Positions 20,245-28,875 of a stretch of DNA of 64,000 nucleotides are shown in pieces (position 1 is the first letter of the stretch; every line of letters begins with the position of its first letter). Origin of the DNA: an uncultured Candidatus Rokubacteria bacterium (GTDB taxonomy: Bacteria > Methylomirabilota > Methylomirabilia > Rokubacteriales > CSP1-6). The notes below the pieces were generated by a model. The model saw only the letters and a list, made by a program, of their open reading frames with translations, searched no databases and had not been told where the DNA came from. The translations under genes were made by a program, and so were the position numbers. The DNA lies in the NCBI GenBank assembly GCA_963758635.1, contig CAVWWD010000003.1, positions 768,001 through 832,000 of the forward strand. The letters are read 5' to 3'.

Positions 20245-20931
20245 ATGACGGACGCCTCCGCTCGTAGCGCCCGCGGCCCCCGGCGGCTCCTGGGGCTTGC
20301 CTTCCGTGGGCTTCCCGTCCTGCTCGCCCCGTGCGCGCGGGCGCGCCGGCTGTTCTTCTACGAGAGCGACCTGGACGGTCCGCTGCCGCCGCTCCCCCCG
20401 CCCTCGGTGCCCCTCGACCTCCACGTGGCGACGCGTGACGAGCTCCTGGCCCGGGCCGAAGAACTGCCCGGCTTCGGCGTGGACGTGGAGGAGGCGGTCC
20501 GGCGGCTGGACGAGGGGGACGTCGCCATCGTCGGGATCGTCGAGGGCGCCCTGGCCCACCTGCAGTGGATCTCGTTCCGCTCGCCGTGGGTGAACGAGAT
20601 CGGCGTCACCCTCCGTCTCGCCCCCGGCGAGTCGACGGCCTACGGCGCCTTCACCGCGCCCGCCTGGCGCGGCCACGGCATCCACGCCCTCGCCAGCCGG
20701 TTCCTCAACGAGGAGCAGCGACGGCGAGGCGCCACCCGGATGGTGGCCTGGGTCTGGGCGAGCAACCGGGCGAGCCGGCGCGTGTTGTTCGCCAAGCTCG
20801 GCCGGCGCCGGACCAAGACCGTCTGGTCCCTCTGGGTCCTCGGCATGCGCCGGCCCCTCCTCATCGGGGCCACTGCCACCGGCTCGCCCAGCCTCGCGCG
20901 CGGCGGCCCCGACGTGGCGCCGCCGCCTTGA
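20245..20931 (+). CDS. GNAT-fold N-acetyltransferase-like protein
   Basis: AFTAPAWRGHGI acetyl-CoA motif A; WASNRASRR motif B. Confidence 0.7.
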   Translation: MTDASARSARGPRRLLGLAFRGLPVLLAPCARARRLFFYESDLDGPLPPLPPPSVPLDLHVATRDELLARAEELPGFGVDVEEAVRRLDEGDVAIVGIVEGALAHLQWISFRSPWVNEIGVTLRLAPGESTAYGAFTAPAWRGHGIHALASRFLNEEQRRRGATRMVAWVWASNRASRRVLFAKLGRRRTKTVWSLWVLGMRRPLLIGATATGSPSLARGGPDVAPPP

Positions 20932-21114
20932 CAGGCCGCCGCGGCGGGGCGCGAATCCCTTACCGGCATCCGGCTGGATCAGCTCATCGAGCGCGTCCGC
21001 GCGCCGCGCCAGGTGGACGGAGGCGGCGCCAAGGACGGCGAGCGCTCGAGCTGACGGTCCCGCGCCGGCGCCGATCTCACGCCCTCGTGCCGGGGCGAGG
21101 CGGGCGCGGCGGAT

Positions 21115-23046
21115 TCAGGGCTGACGGATGGTGAGGAGAGGCTCGGCGGTCACCCGGCCCGTGTCGGCGCCGGCGCTCACGCAGGCCAGGTGCGTGGCAA
21201 CGAAGTCCTTGAACTCGGGCAGCATGACGTAGCCCGGCGGCACGTACGTGACGCGGAGCGGCCTGGGCTCGGGCACGCCGGGCGCGCCGGCCGCGGCGTA
21301 GGCCGGCCAGTCGCGCTCGACCTCGATCGTGACCGGCTCCGTCTGGCCGAAGCGCGGCGTGACGAGCCGCTGGAACCGGAACAGCTCCACGACGTCGGAG
21401 GGGTCGAGCCCGCGTTCCTCGAGGAAGCATCGAGTGTGCGCCTCGGCTTCACGGAGGAACGCGTCGGGGGCGGCGAGCACGGTCACCGCCAGGGCCTCCG
21501 CGACCTCGAGCGACCCCGAGCCCATCAGCGGGTGGGGCAGCGTGAACGGCCCGCACGCCAGGATCGAGTCGAGATAGCCGTCCACGAGCCGGCCCACGGC
21601 GGCGAAGCGCGTCTCGCCGGGCTCCTGCGTCCGCTCGCCGAGAAACGCCAGGTAGTCGACGATGTCCACGCCCGCCGCCTCGCCCAGCCAGTGCAGGACC
21701 ACGCGGAGCAGGCGCAGGTTGTAGGCGGCGCCGGCGAGGGCCACGAACCGGTACGTGCGCCGCCACTCGGGGATCGGCATGTCGCGGGTGCCCACGACGA
21801 GGTCCTGGTACTCCTCGATCACCGCGTCCCAGGCCGGGTTCGCCGAGGGCCAGCGCACGCGCCGCGTCTCGATCCCGAACTCCTCGATCGATGCGGGCGA
21901 CGCCAGCTCGGTGTTGTCGAGGAGCCGGCACTGGAACACGACGAAGCTGTGGCGGGGATGGGGCGGCATCGCCTGCGCGACGGTGCGGGCGAAGGACGCG
22001 AACGTCTGCCGCGGCAGGCCGAAGATCAGCTCGTTCCGTGTCGCGATGCCCCGCTCGGCGCAGATGTCCCGCAGGCGGATCGACTCGCCGCTCTGGATGT
22101 TGTCGCGCTTCACCGCGGCCAGCACGTCGTCGTCGAAGTCCTGCACGGCGAGCCCGACGCAGCAGCCGATGCCCGCCTCGTGCAGGATCTCGATCGTCCC
22201 GAGGTTCCGGCGGTGGTTGTTCTTGGTCAGGTAGAAGTAGCAGAAGCTCGGGTGTCCGGTGCGGGCCCGGAGCTCGGCCATGTGGCGCGCGATGTCGTGG
22301 TCGCGGGGACGGATGCCGAAGTTCGCGTCGGCGATGCACACGTGCCCGAAGTCGTGCGCGGCGATCCACTCGAGCTCGGCGATGACGCGCTCGAGCGGAA
22401 GCTCGACGACCTCGCGGGTCAGCGACCAGTCGCAGAACGTGCAGGTGAACGGGCACCCGCGGTTCGTCTCGAGGAGCGCCATCGTGAACCGCGCGCGGTC
22501 CCGGGCGACGAGCGCGTCGAACGTGCCGTCGAGGTAGGGGGAGGCCGTCTCCGACAGGTCGCGCACGCGCGCGGGCGGGCGGGTGAGGCGTACCTCTCCG
22601 CGGCGCCGCCACGCGATGCCGCCCACGCCGTCCAGGTCCGCCCCCCGGACGTGCGCGACCAGGAGGTCGCGGAACGCGAGCTCGCCCTCGGAGAGGACCA
22701 GCACGTCCACCTGCGGGTGCGCGTCGAGGAACCGCCGGGCCGAGGCCGGACGCCGCGGGACCGACGGGCCTCCGGCCACGACGAGGCAGTCTGGATGCGC
22801 GGCGCGCGCGGCGCGGGCGACGTCGAGCGAGTAGGCGGTGTTCCACGGGTACAGCGAGAAGCCGAGGACGTCCGGCGCGCCGTAGGCGGCGACGGCACGG
22901 TCGATGGCCTGGCGCTGCACGTGGATCGAGAAGCGCGCGGCGGACAGCGCCGGCGCCTGCTTCGCGGCGGCGACGATGCAGCCGGCGGCGAGGGGAAGAC
23001 CGGGCGTGTTGTCGATGCCCTCGAACTGGCTGACCACGACCTTCAT
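21115..23046 (-). CDS. B12-binding domain radical SAM protein
   Basis: PDVLGFSLYPWN, VVAGGP, LSEGE cobalamin-binding domain; ETNRGCPFTCTFCDW (CxxxCxxC); IADANFG; ELIFGLP. Confidence 0.9.
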   Translation of the reverse strand: MKVVVSQFEGIDNTPGLPLAAGCIVAAAKQAPALSAARFSIHVQRQAIDRAVAAYGAPDVLGFSLYPWNTAYSLDVARAARAAHPDCLVVAGGPSVPRRPASARRFLDAHPQVDVLVLSEGELAFRDLLVAHVRGADLDGVGGIAWRRRGEVRLTRPPARVRDLSETASPYLDGTFDALVARDRARFTMALLETNRGCPFTCTFCDWSLTREVVELPLERVIAELEWIAAHDFGHVCIADANFGIRPRDHDIARHMAELRARTGHPSFCYFYLTKNNHRRNLGTIEILHEAGIGCCVGLAVQDFDDDVLAAVKRDNIQSGESIRLRDICAERGIATRNELIFGLPRQTFASFARTVAQAMPPHPRHSFVVFQCRLLDNTELASPASIEEFGIETRRVRWPSANPAWDAVIEEYQDLVVGTRDMPIPEWRRTYRFVALAGAAYNLRLLRVVLHWLGEAAGVDIVDYLAFLGERTQEPGETRFAAVGRLVDGYLDSILACGPFTLPHPLMGSGSLEVAEALAVTVLAAPDAFLREAEAHTRCFLEERGLDPSDVVELFRFQRLVTPRFGQTEPVTIEVERDWPAYAAAGAPGVPEPRPLRVTYVPPGYVMLPEFKDFVATHLACVSAGADTGRVTAEPLLTIRQP

Positions 23047-23153
23047 CGGTGGCCCATCTTGCCACAGAGGATGACGCCGCGTCCGGGCGCCGGCGGACGC
23101 GGAGCGGCCGTGGCCGCGGGGTCGGCCGCGGGGGTGGGTGCTATGCTCGCCGC

Positions 23154-23960
23154 GTGTCCCGGATCTTCGAGGGATCGCCGCGTCGCCCCGCGGGCCGCGG
23201 TCGGATGAGCGTCAGCGGGGCGGCGTTGGCCGATGATCGACGCCGGCGCGCGGATGCGCTCCGCGTCGACGGCTTCTGCGCGACCGACCGAGTCTTCACG
23301 CCCGTGCAGCTCGACGCGGCGCGCGCCGCCGCCGACCGCATCCTCCACGCCCATGGCGTGTCGAGCGAGTTCGCCCTGATCGCGCTCGACGCCTGGCGCC
23401 GTGAACCGGCGCTGCGCGAGCTGCTGCTGCCGCTCGCCCGGATCGCCCGTGAGCTCATGGGCCTCACCGAGGTCCTCGTCTTCCAGGACCTCGTGATCGA
23501 CAAGCGTGCGGTCTCGGCGGCACCGATGCCCTACCACCAGGACCAGTCCTACCTGCCGCTCGATCGCGATGACGGCCTCGTCGCCTGGGTGGCGCTCGAC
23601 GACGCCGACACGGCGCGCGGCTGCCTGCGCTACGCCCCTGGCACGCACCGGCTCGGCGCGCGCCGGCCGGCCCGATTCTCCGACGCGCCATCGCGCGACA
23701 CGCACCTGCCGGCGATCGAGGTCGACGAGCGTACGGTGGTCAGTGTCCCCGCGGTGGCCGGGCAGGCGCTGTTCCACAGCACGCGGGTCTGGCACGGGTC
23801 GCCGCCCAACACCACCGACCTGCCACGGCGGGCGTGGTCGATCTACTTCTTGCCTCCGAGCGTCCGGTGGGCGCCGGAACGCGCGGCGCATCCGTACCTC
23901 CTCGAGCTGGCGCCGGCGGCGGGCGATCCGGTGTCCGGGGACCGGTTTCCCCGGTTCTGA
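23154..23960 (+). CDS. Phytanoyl-CoA dioxygenase (PhyH) family Fe/2OG oxygenase (start GTG 23154 or ATG 23205)
   Basis: YHQDQSY (HxD), WVALDDA, GCLRYAPGTH, WHGSPPN, RRA. Confidence 0.88.
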   Translation: MSRIFEGSPRRPAGRGRMSVSGAALADDRRRRADALRVDGFCATDRVFTPVQLDAARAAADRILHAHGVSSEFALIALDAWRREPALRELLLPLARIARELMGLTEVLVFQDLVIDKRAVSAAPMPYHQDQSYLPLDRDDGLVAWVALDDADTARGCLRYAPGTHRLGARRPARFSDAPSRDTHLPAIEVDERTVVSVPAVAGQALFHSTRVWHGSPPNTTDLPRRAWSIYFLPPSVRWAPERAAHPYLLELAPAAGDPVSGDRFPRF

Positions 23961-24018
23961 CCGAACGCGCGAGACCCGAGCAGCGACACGATCCTGACGC
24001 AGCGCACGAGACCTGTCC

Positions 24019-25635
24019 ATGGATCGCGCCCTCGAAGGGCATCACCGCTACCTGATCGTGAGCCGCGAGGTATGCGCGCGGCGCCCGCTCGTGCACGCGC
24101 ATCAGCTCGCCGCCCTCGAGCGCGAGATCGCGTTGACCGAGAGCGCCGACGGGGTCATGCGCTATCGGGTGGCCAGCGGCGACTCGTTCGAGCTGACGCG
24201 CGCGGCCTGGCTGGACCGACTCGTGAACCACGCCCGCGTCGGCGCTCTGGTCGGCGACCGCTGGAGGGTCCGGGCCTCCGCGCTGGAGTACGCGCACGCC
24301 CTCGAGGCCTCGGGCCACGACGACTGGCCGGGCATGCTCCACGCCGGCGCCGCGCAAGCCGCGCCCCTGATCGTGAGCGGCGGCGAGACCGCGGCGATGT
24401 TCACGCGGCTGCTCCTGAACGTGCTCCGTCACCGCGAGGAGCAGCGCGCCGCCCTGCAGGACCAGTTCCGCGCCGGGGCGCTCGACGCCTATCGCGGTCT
24501 CCGGTCCGCCGATCCCGCGTTCGCGTGGTCGCGGGTGCTTGACCGGCCGCACTACGCGCTGCGCACGCCGTGGACCGGTCCCGGATTGCAGGCGATCGGG
24601 GCGTGGATGGAGGAGCTCGGCGGCGATGCGGCCGTGCGACACGCGGATACGCCCGAGGACGCTGTGGGCGACAGTGATGTGCTTGCGGCCATGGCGGCCT
24701 CCGAGGCGCGATGGCGGTCGCAGCTCCCGCAGCGTCCCCCCGGCCCCCTCCTGCCCGACGTCGCACACGACGACGTCGCCGCGCCGTACCGTACCCTGGC
24801 CGAGACCACGCCGGGCGACGGACGCGCGGCGGAGGCGACACGCCGAGCCGCCCGGGCCCTTCTCGCCGCGAGCGCCGATGCGCCCTCGCCGCAACACGCC
24901 CTGGCCCGCCTCGTCGGTGACGGCTTGCTGGCGGAGCTGGCGGCCGCGCCCCTGCGCGCGCACGCCGAGGAGAGCCTCGAGCGCCAGGTCGTCTGGCCCG
25001 ATCCGCTCGTGGAGCGACATCACCGGAACGTGTTGGACACGCTCCGTGACGTCCGGACGGCCACCGAGGTCGATCTCGTCGCCACCCACGCCAGCGCGTG
25101 CTTCGCCGTCGAGGCGGACTGGAACGTCCTGTACCTGTCGAGCCTGTTCGGCCCGCTTCGCGCCGCGTGCGCGCTCGGGGCGGACGACAGCATCGCCGTG
25201 CGCACGAATCTCCACCGGGCGGCGGACGTGACCTACCGCCTGCTGGGACTCACGCCGTGGAGTCTCCTCACGGCTCCGCGCGTGGCCGAGTTCATCGCCC
25301 GCGTCCTTGCTCCCCTGGCGGGTCGCGAGAACCTGAGCATCGGCGGCTTCCGGGGTGAGGGCGGGTTCGACTTCTTCGGCGAGGCGCGGGTGTGGGTGGC
25401 CGTGGCGCGGGCGGCAGGTCGCTTGAAGGAGTTCGATGCTCGGATCGCGGCCGAGGGGATGTCGGCGCTGTGCGAGCGCGCGGGCCTCGTGAAGCGGACC
25501 CCATCGCCGCGGTCCATGACCCTGTGGGGCGTCCCCGTCGCACCGGAGGATCCTCGACGCGAGCCCGCGTGGCCGCGGCGTCCGCCGATTCCCGGAATCG
25601 ACACGCCGCCCGGGGGCGAAGGTCGCGGCCTTTAG
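24019..25635 (+). CDS. Hypothetical protein (538 aa)
   Basis: Long ORF with protein-like composition, co-oriented with its neighbours; no motif recognised. Confidence 0.7.
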   Translation: MDRALEGHHRYLIVSREVCARRPLVHAHQLAALEREIALTESADGVMRYRVASGDSFELTRAAWLDRLVNHARVGALVGDRWRVRASALEYAHALEASGHDDWPGMLHAGAAQAAPLIVSGGETAAMFTRLLLNVLRHREEQRAALQDQFRAGALDAYRGLRSADPAFAWSRVLDRPHYALRTPWTGPGLQAIGAWMEELGGDAAVRHADTPEDAVGDSDVLAAMAASEARWRSQLPQRPPGPLLPDVAHDDVAAPYRTLAETTPGDGRAAEATRRAARALLAASADAPSPQHALARLVGDGLLAELAAAPLRAHAEESLERQVVWPDPLVERHHRNVLDTLRDVRTATEVDLVATHASACFAVEADWNVLYLSSLFGPLRAACALGADDSIAVRTNLHRAADVTYRLLGLTPWSLLTAPRVAEFIARVLAPLAGRENLSIGGFRGEGGFDFFGEARVWVAVARAAGRLKEFDARIAAEGMSALCERAGLVKRTPSPRSMTLWGVPVAPEDPRREPAWPRRPPIPGIDTPPGGEGRGL

Positions 25636-25650
25636 GGCCCCCGGAGGCTG

Positions 25651-25659
25651 TGCTATCCT
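25651..25659 (+). promoter_or_regulatory. Extended -10 (leaderless-type) promoter for the spike-PAAR cassette
   Basis: TGCTATCCT followed by 6 nt then ATG 25666; no SD. Confidence 0.55.
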
Positions 25660-25665
25660 CCCCCC

Positions 25666-26040
25666 ATGTCGGTCTCGAAGTCCGCGGTCGGATCAGAGCC
25701 CTCCACACCCTCCGATGCCGTCGGCCTGGCCCACGGGCGCCGGCTCACCGTCGACTCCGCGGGTGGCGAGCAGGTCGTCGAGATCCGCGGAGCCTCGGGC
25801 GCGGTGGAGCTCCGCGTGAAGATCACCGAGGAGGGCCCGGTGCTGCTCGTCGAGGCCGTCCGGATCGCGCTGAAGGCCGCCGACGCGGTGGACATCGACT
25901 GCACGCGCTTCCGGGTGAGCGCCTCGCAGTCGATCGAGCTGGCATCGCAAGGGCCGGTCCAGGTGACCGGTGGCGCGGACGTCGGCGTCAACGCGAGCGG
26001 CGAGGTGCACGTCAAGGGCGAGATGATCTACCTGAACTGA
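25666..26040 (+). CDS. Small spike-like protein resembling the C-terminal beta-helix of gp5/VgrG/gpV
   Basis: 8-residue beta repeats (IALKAADA/VDIDCTRF/RVSASQS/IELASQGP/VQVTGGAD/VGVNASGE) ending VHVKGEMIYLN; immediately upstream of a PAAR gene. Confidence 0.65.
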   Translation: MSVSKSAVGSEPSTPSDAVGLAHGRRLTVDSAGGEQVVEIRGASGAVELRVKITEEGPVLLVEAVRIALKAADAVDIDCTRFRVSASQSIELASQGPVQVTGGADVGVNASGEVHVKGEMIYLN

Positions 26041-26049
26041 GGCCCCGTC

Positions 26050-26436
26050 ATGCCCCCCGCGGCCCGAATGACCGACCTCGTGATGCACGATAGCCCGCAC
26101 TGCCATGCGCCGATCCATCCGCCCGCCCCGGTTCCCACGCCGATCCCGCATCCCTGCGTGACGCACCCGATCATGATGGCCTGCGTCCCGACCGTCATGG
26201 TCAACCATCTGATGTCCGCCGTCGTCAGCAGCATGACCATCCCCTGCCTGGAGGTTCCCTGCGTGCCCGGCGGGCCCGGCCTGGTCGCGAAGGGCTCGGC
26301 GACGGTGCTGATCGGGGCGATGCCCGCCGCTCGCATGGGTGACATGGTCGCCTTCGCCTCCTGCGTCGCCCCGATCCCGAGCCCCACCGGCAAGATCCTT
26401 CCGCCCTGCTCCCCTACCGTGATGATCGGCGGCTGA
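26050..26436 (+). CDS. PAAR domain protein
   Basis: MPPAARMTD, KGSATVLIGAMPAARMGD, C-terminal PTVMIGG. Confidence 0.9.
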   Translation: MPPAARMTDLVMHDSPHCHAPIHPPAPVPTPIPHPCVTHPIMMACVPTVMVNHLMSAVVSSMTIPCLEVPCVPGGPGLVAKGSATVLIGAMPAARMGDMVAFASCVAPIPSPTGKILPPCSPTVMIGG

Positions 26437-26441
26437 GCCGG

Positions 26442-27512
26442 GTGCGCCGCGAGCATCTCGAACGACTCCAGCCGCTCTGCCCCGTCTGCCGCGCCCGCGG
26501 GCGCGGGCCGCAGCCCCTCGTGACGGGCACGGTCGTCCGCGCCGACGGCGACGACATCCTGGAAGGCGTGCTGCTGTGTCCCGAGCGCGCCTGCCAGCGC
26601 GAGCACCCGATCATCGACGGGATCGCCGTGGTGGTCGCCGACATCGCGACCTGGGCGGCGCATCAGCTCGACGCGGTGATGCGCCGCGAGGACCTCTCGC
26701 CGTTCATGGAGAGCCTGCTCGGAGACGCCGCCGGTCCCGGGTCCAGCTTCAACAACGAGCGGGCCAACCTCGGTAGCTACGCGCGGAGCCACTGGGAGGA
26801 CGCGGAGGGGCCGGCCGCGCGCGACGGCAGCCTCGCCGGGCTCTTGAACGCGGGGCTCGAGCTGCTCGGAGAGCCGCCGCGCGGCGTGTGGGCCGACATC
26901 GGCTGCGCGGTGGGGCGCGGCGCCTTCGAGCTCGCGCGGCGGACGGGCGACCTCGCGGTCGGCGTCGACCTCAACTTCGCCATGCTCCGCGTGGCCGAGC
27001 GGCTGCGCCGGCAGGGACGGGCCGCCGTCCCGGTGCGGCGGGTGGGCGTCGTGTTCGATCGCCGGGAGGTGACGATGCCCGACCTGCCGGGCGAGCGCGT
27101 GAGCTTCTGGTGCTGCGACGCCGCCGCGCTGCCCTTCGCGGATGCCGCGTTCGACGGCGCGCTCAGCCTGAACGTGCTCGACTGCGTCCAGTCCCCCGTC
27201 GGTCACCTGGTCGAGCTGGGCCGCGTCCTCGCCCCGCGGGCGCGCGCGCTGCTCGCCTCGCCGTACGACTGGACGCCCACGGCGACGCCGCTCGCCGAGT
27301 GGCTCGGCGGGCACTCACAGCGCGCGTCCTCGCACGGATCGAGCGCGGCCGAGCTGCGCCGGGTCCTGTCGCGCGACGCGGCGGCCGGGATCGATACCGG
27401 GCTGGTGGTCGTGGCCGAGCGCGATCGCGTGCCGTGGCGCGTCTACACGAACGAGCGCGCCACCATGGACTACGCCGTCGACCTGCTGTGCCTGGAGCGG
27501 AAGCAGGCCTGA
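26442..27512 (+). CDS. Class I SAM methyltransferase with N-terminal Trm112-like Zn ribbon
   Basis: LCPVC...LLCPERACQREHPIIDGI; DIGCAVGR, GVDLN, DAAALPF, LNVLDC. Confidence 0.85.
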   Translation: MRREHLERLQPLCPVCRARGRGPQPLVTGTVVRADGDDILEGVLLCPERACQREHPIIDGIAVVVADIATWAAHQLDAVMRREDLSPFMESLLGDAAGPGSSFNNERANLGSYARSHWEDAEGPAARDGSLAGLLNAGLELLGEPPRGVWADIGCAVGRGAFELARRTGDLAVGVDLNFAMLRVAERLRRQGRAAVPVRRVGVVFDRREVTMPDLPGERVSFWCCDAAALPFADAAFDGALSLNVLDCVQSPVGHLVELGRVLAPRARALLASPYDWTPTATPLAEWLGGHSQRASSHGSSAAELRRVLSRDAAAGIDTGLVVVAERDRVPWRVYTNERATMDYAVDLLCLERKQA

Positions 27513-27523
27513 CCGGGTCCGGC

Positions 27524-28864
27524 TCAGCCCTTCCGCGCAAGCTCGTGGACGTGGTCCACGGCGCCGGATACCTGGTCCGGGGGCACCGTGCCGAGTCGAC
27601 GCTCGTGGAGCCGGCGTCGGAGCGCGGTGAAGCGGTCGTAGTACTCGCCGATGTCGTCGCGGGTCAGGTCGGGCAGGTCGAGGATCGACTCCCGATGGTT
27701 CGCCGGCCGCTCCAGGTAGTCCGCGGGCAGATAGCCCCGCTCCATGCACACGCGGAAGAGCTGCGTGCCCGGGTACGGGTAGAACACGAAGTACCCGAAG
27801 TCCAGCACGTCCAGCTCCTCGGCCAGGTCCAGGGTCTGCGCGCAGGTCGTCCCGCGTCTCGCCGGGCAGGCCGAGCATGAAGTTGGCCGTGAGCAGGATG
27901 CCCGCCTCGCGCGTCCACCGGAACACGTCGCGGAAGCGCTGGTTGGTCACCGGCCGGTGCATGACCTCCCGTCGCACGCGCTCGCTGCCGCTCTCCACGC
28001 CGTAGGTGATCTGCTTGCACCCCGCCGCCGCGAGCACGCGCAGCAGCTCCGCGCTCACCGTCTCCACGCGCGCGTGCAGGCAGAACGGCGCGCCGACCTC
28101 GGCGCCGTAGACGCGGCAGAACTCCTTCACCCACGGGTGATGGATCGTGAACGTGTCGTCCAGGAAGATCACGTACCCGAGCCGGTCCTGCTGCGCGGAG
28201 CTCCGCCAGCTCGGCGAGCACGTTCGCGTGCGAGCGCCGGCGCCCGTACTCCTCGCCGGTCGCGTCGTACAGCTCGTTGTACATGCGTGCGGCGCAGTAG
28301 GTGCAGGGGAACGGGCAGCCGCGCTGCGTGGTCATGTGCACGGTGCCCCGGGGCTCGTCGAGGAGGTCGCGCGCCATGAAGGGCAGGCGGTCGATCGGCG
28401 CGAGCGGCGGGCGCAGCGCGGGACGGACGCCGCCGCGCGGCCACACGTTGCGGATCCCGTGGGCCGACGCCCCGCGCGAGAGCGCCTGCGACCAGGTCGA
28501 GCATCGGCTCCTCGCCCTCGCCCAGGCACACGTAGTCGAAGCCCGGCGCCGCGAGCACCGCCTCGGGCGCGAACGTCGGGTGGAGCCCGCCGGCGATGAC
28601 GGGCACGTCGATCCGCGCGCGGATCTGCGCCGATCAGGTGCCGCGCGCGCTGCCACTGGCGGGTCGTCAGCGAGACGCCGACGATGTCGGGCCGCTCGGC
28701 GGCCACCGCGGCCACCACCGCGTCGTCGCTCAGGTCGATCGCCGGCGCGGAGGAGCCGCGACCTCGTGCCCGTGCGCGCGGAGCCAGGCGCCGATGAACG
28801 CGGGTCCGATCGAGGCGACCGCCCAGGACCGCTCCGTGTCGACTTCCAGGAACAGCACGCGCAC
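27524..28864 (-). CDS. B12-binding domain radical SAM protein (HpnJ/BchE-like architecture); several frameshifts
   Basis: Fragments PDIVGVS, VIAGGLHPT, CLGEGE, TQRGCPFPCTYC, FLDDTFT, YGVESG, NFMLGLPGET, PYPGT; SD AGGAGG before GTG 28864. Confidence 0.85.
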
Positions 28865-28875
28865 GACGGGGCCTC

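Noticed and set aside
25666..26436. Evidence for a prophage or complete T6SS/eCIS
   Set aside because: No integrase, capsid, terminase, sheath, tube, baseplate or membrane-complex genes anywhere in the 64 kb.
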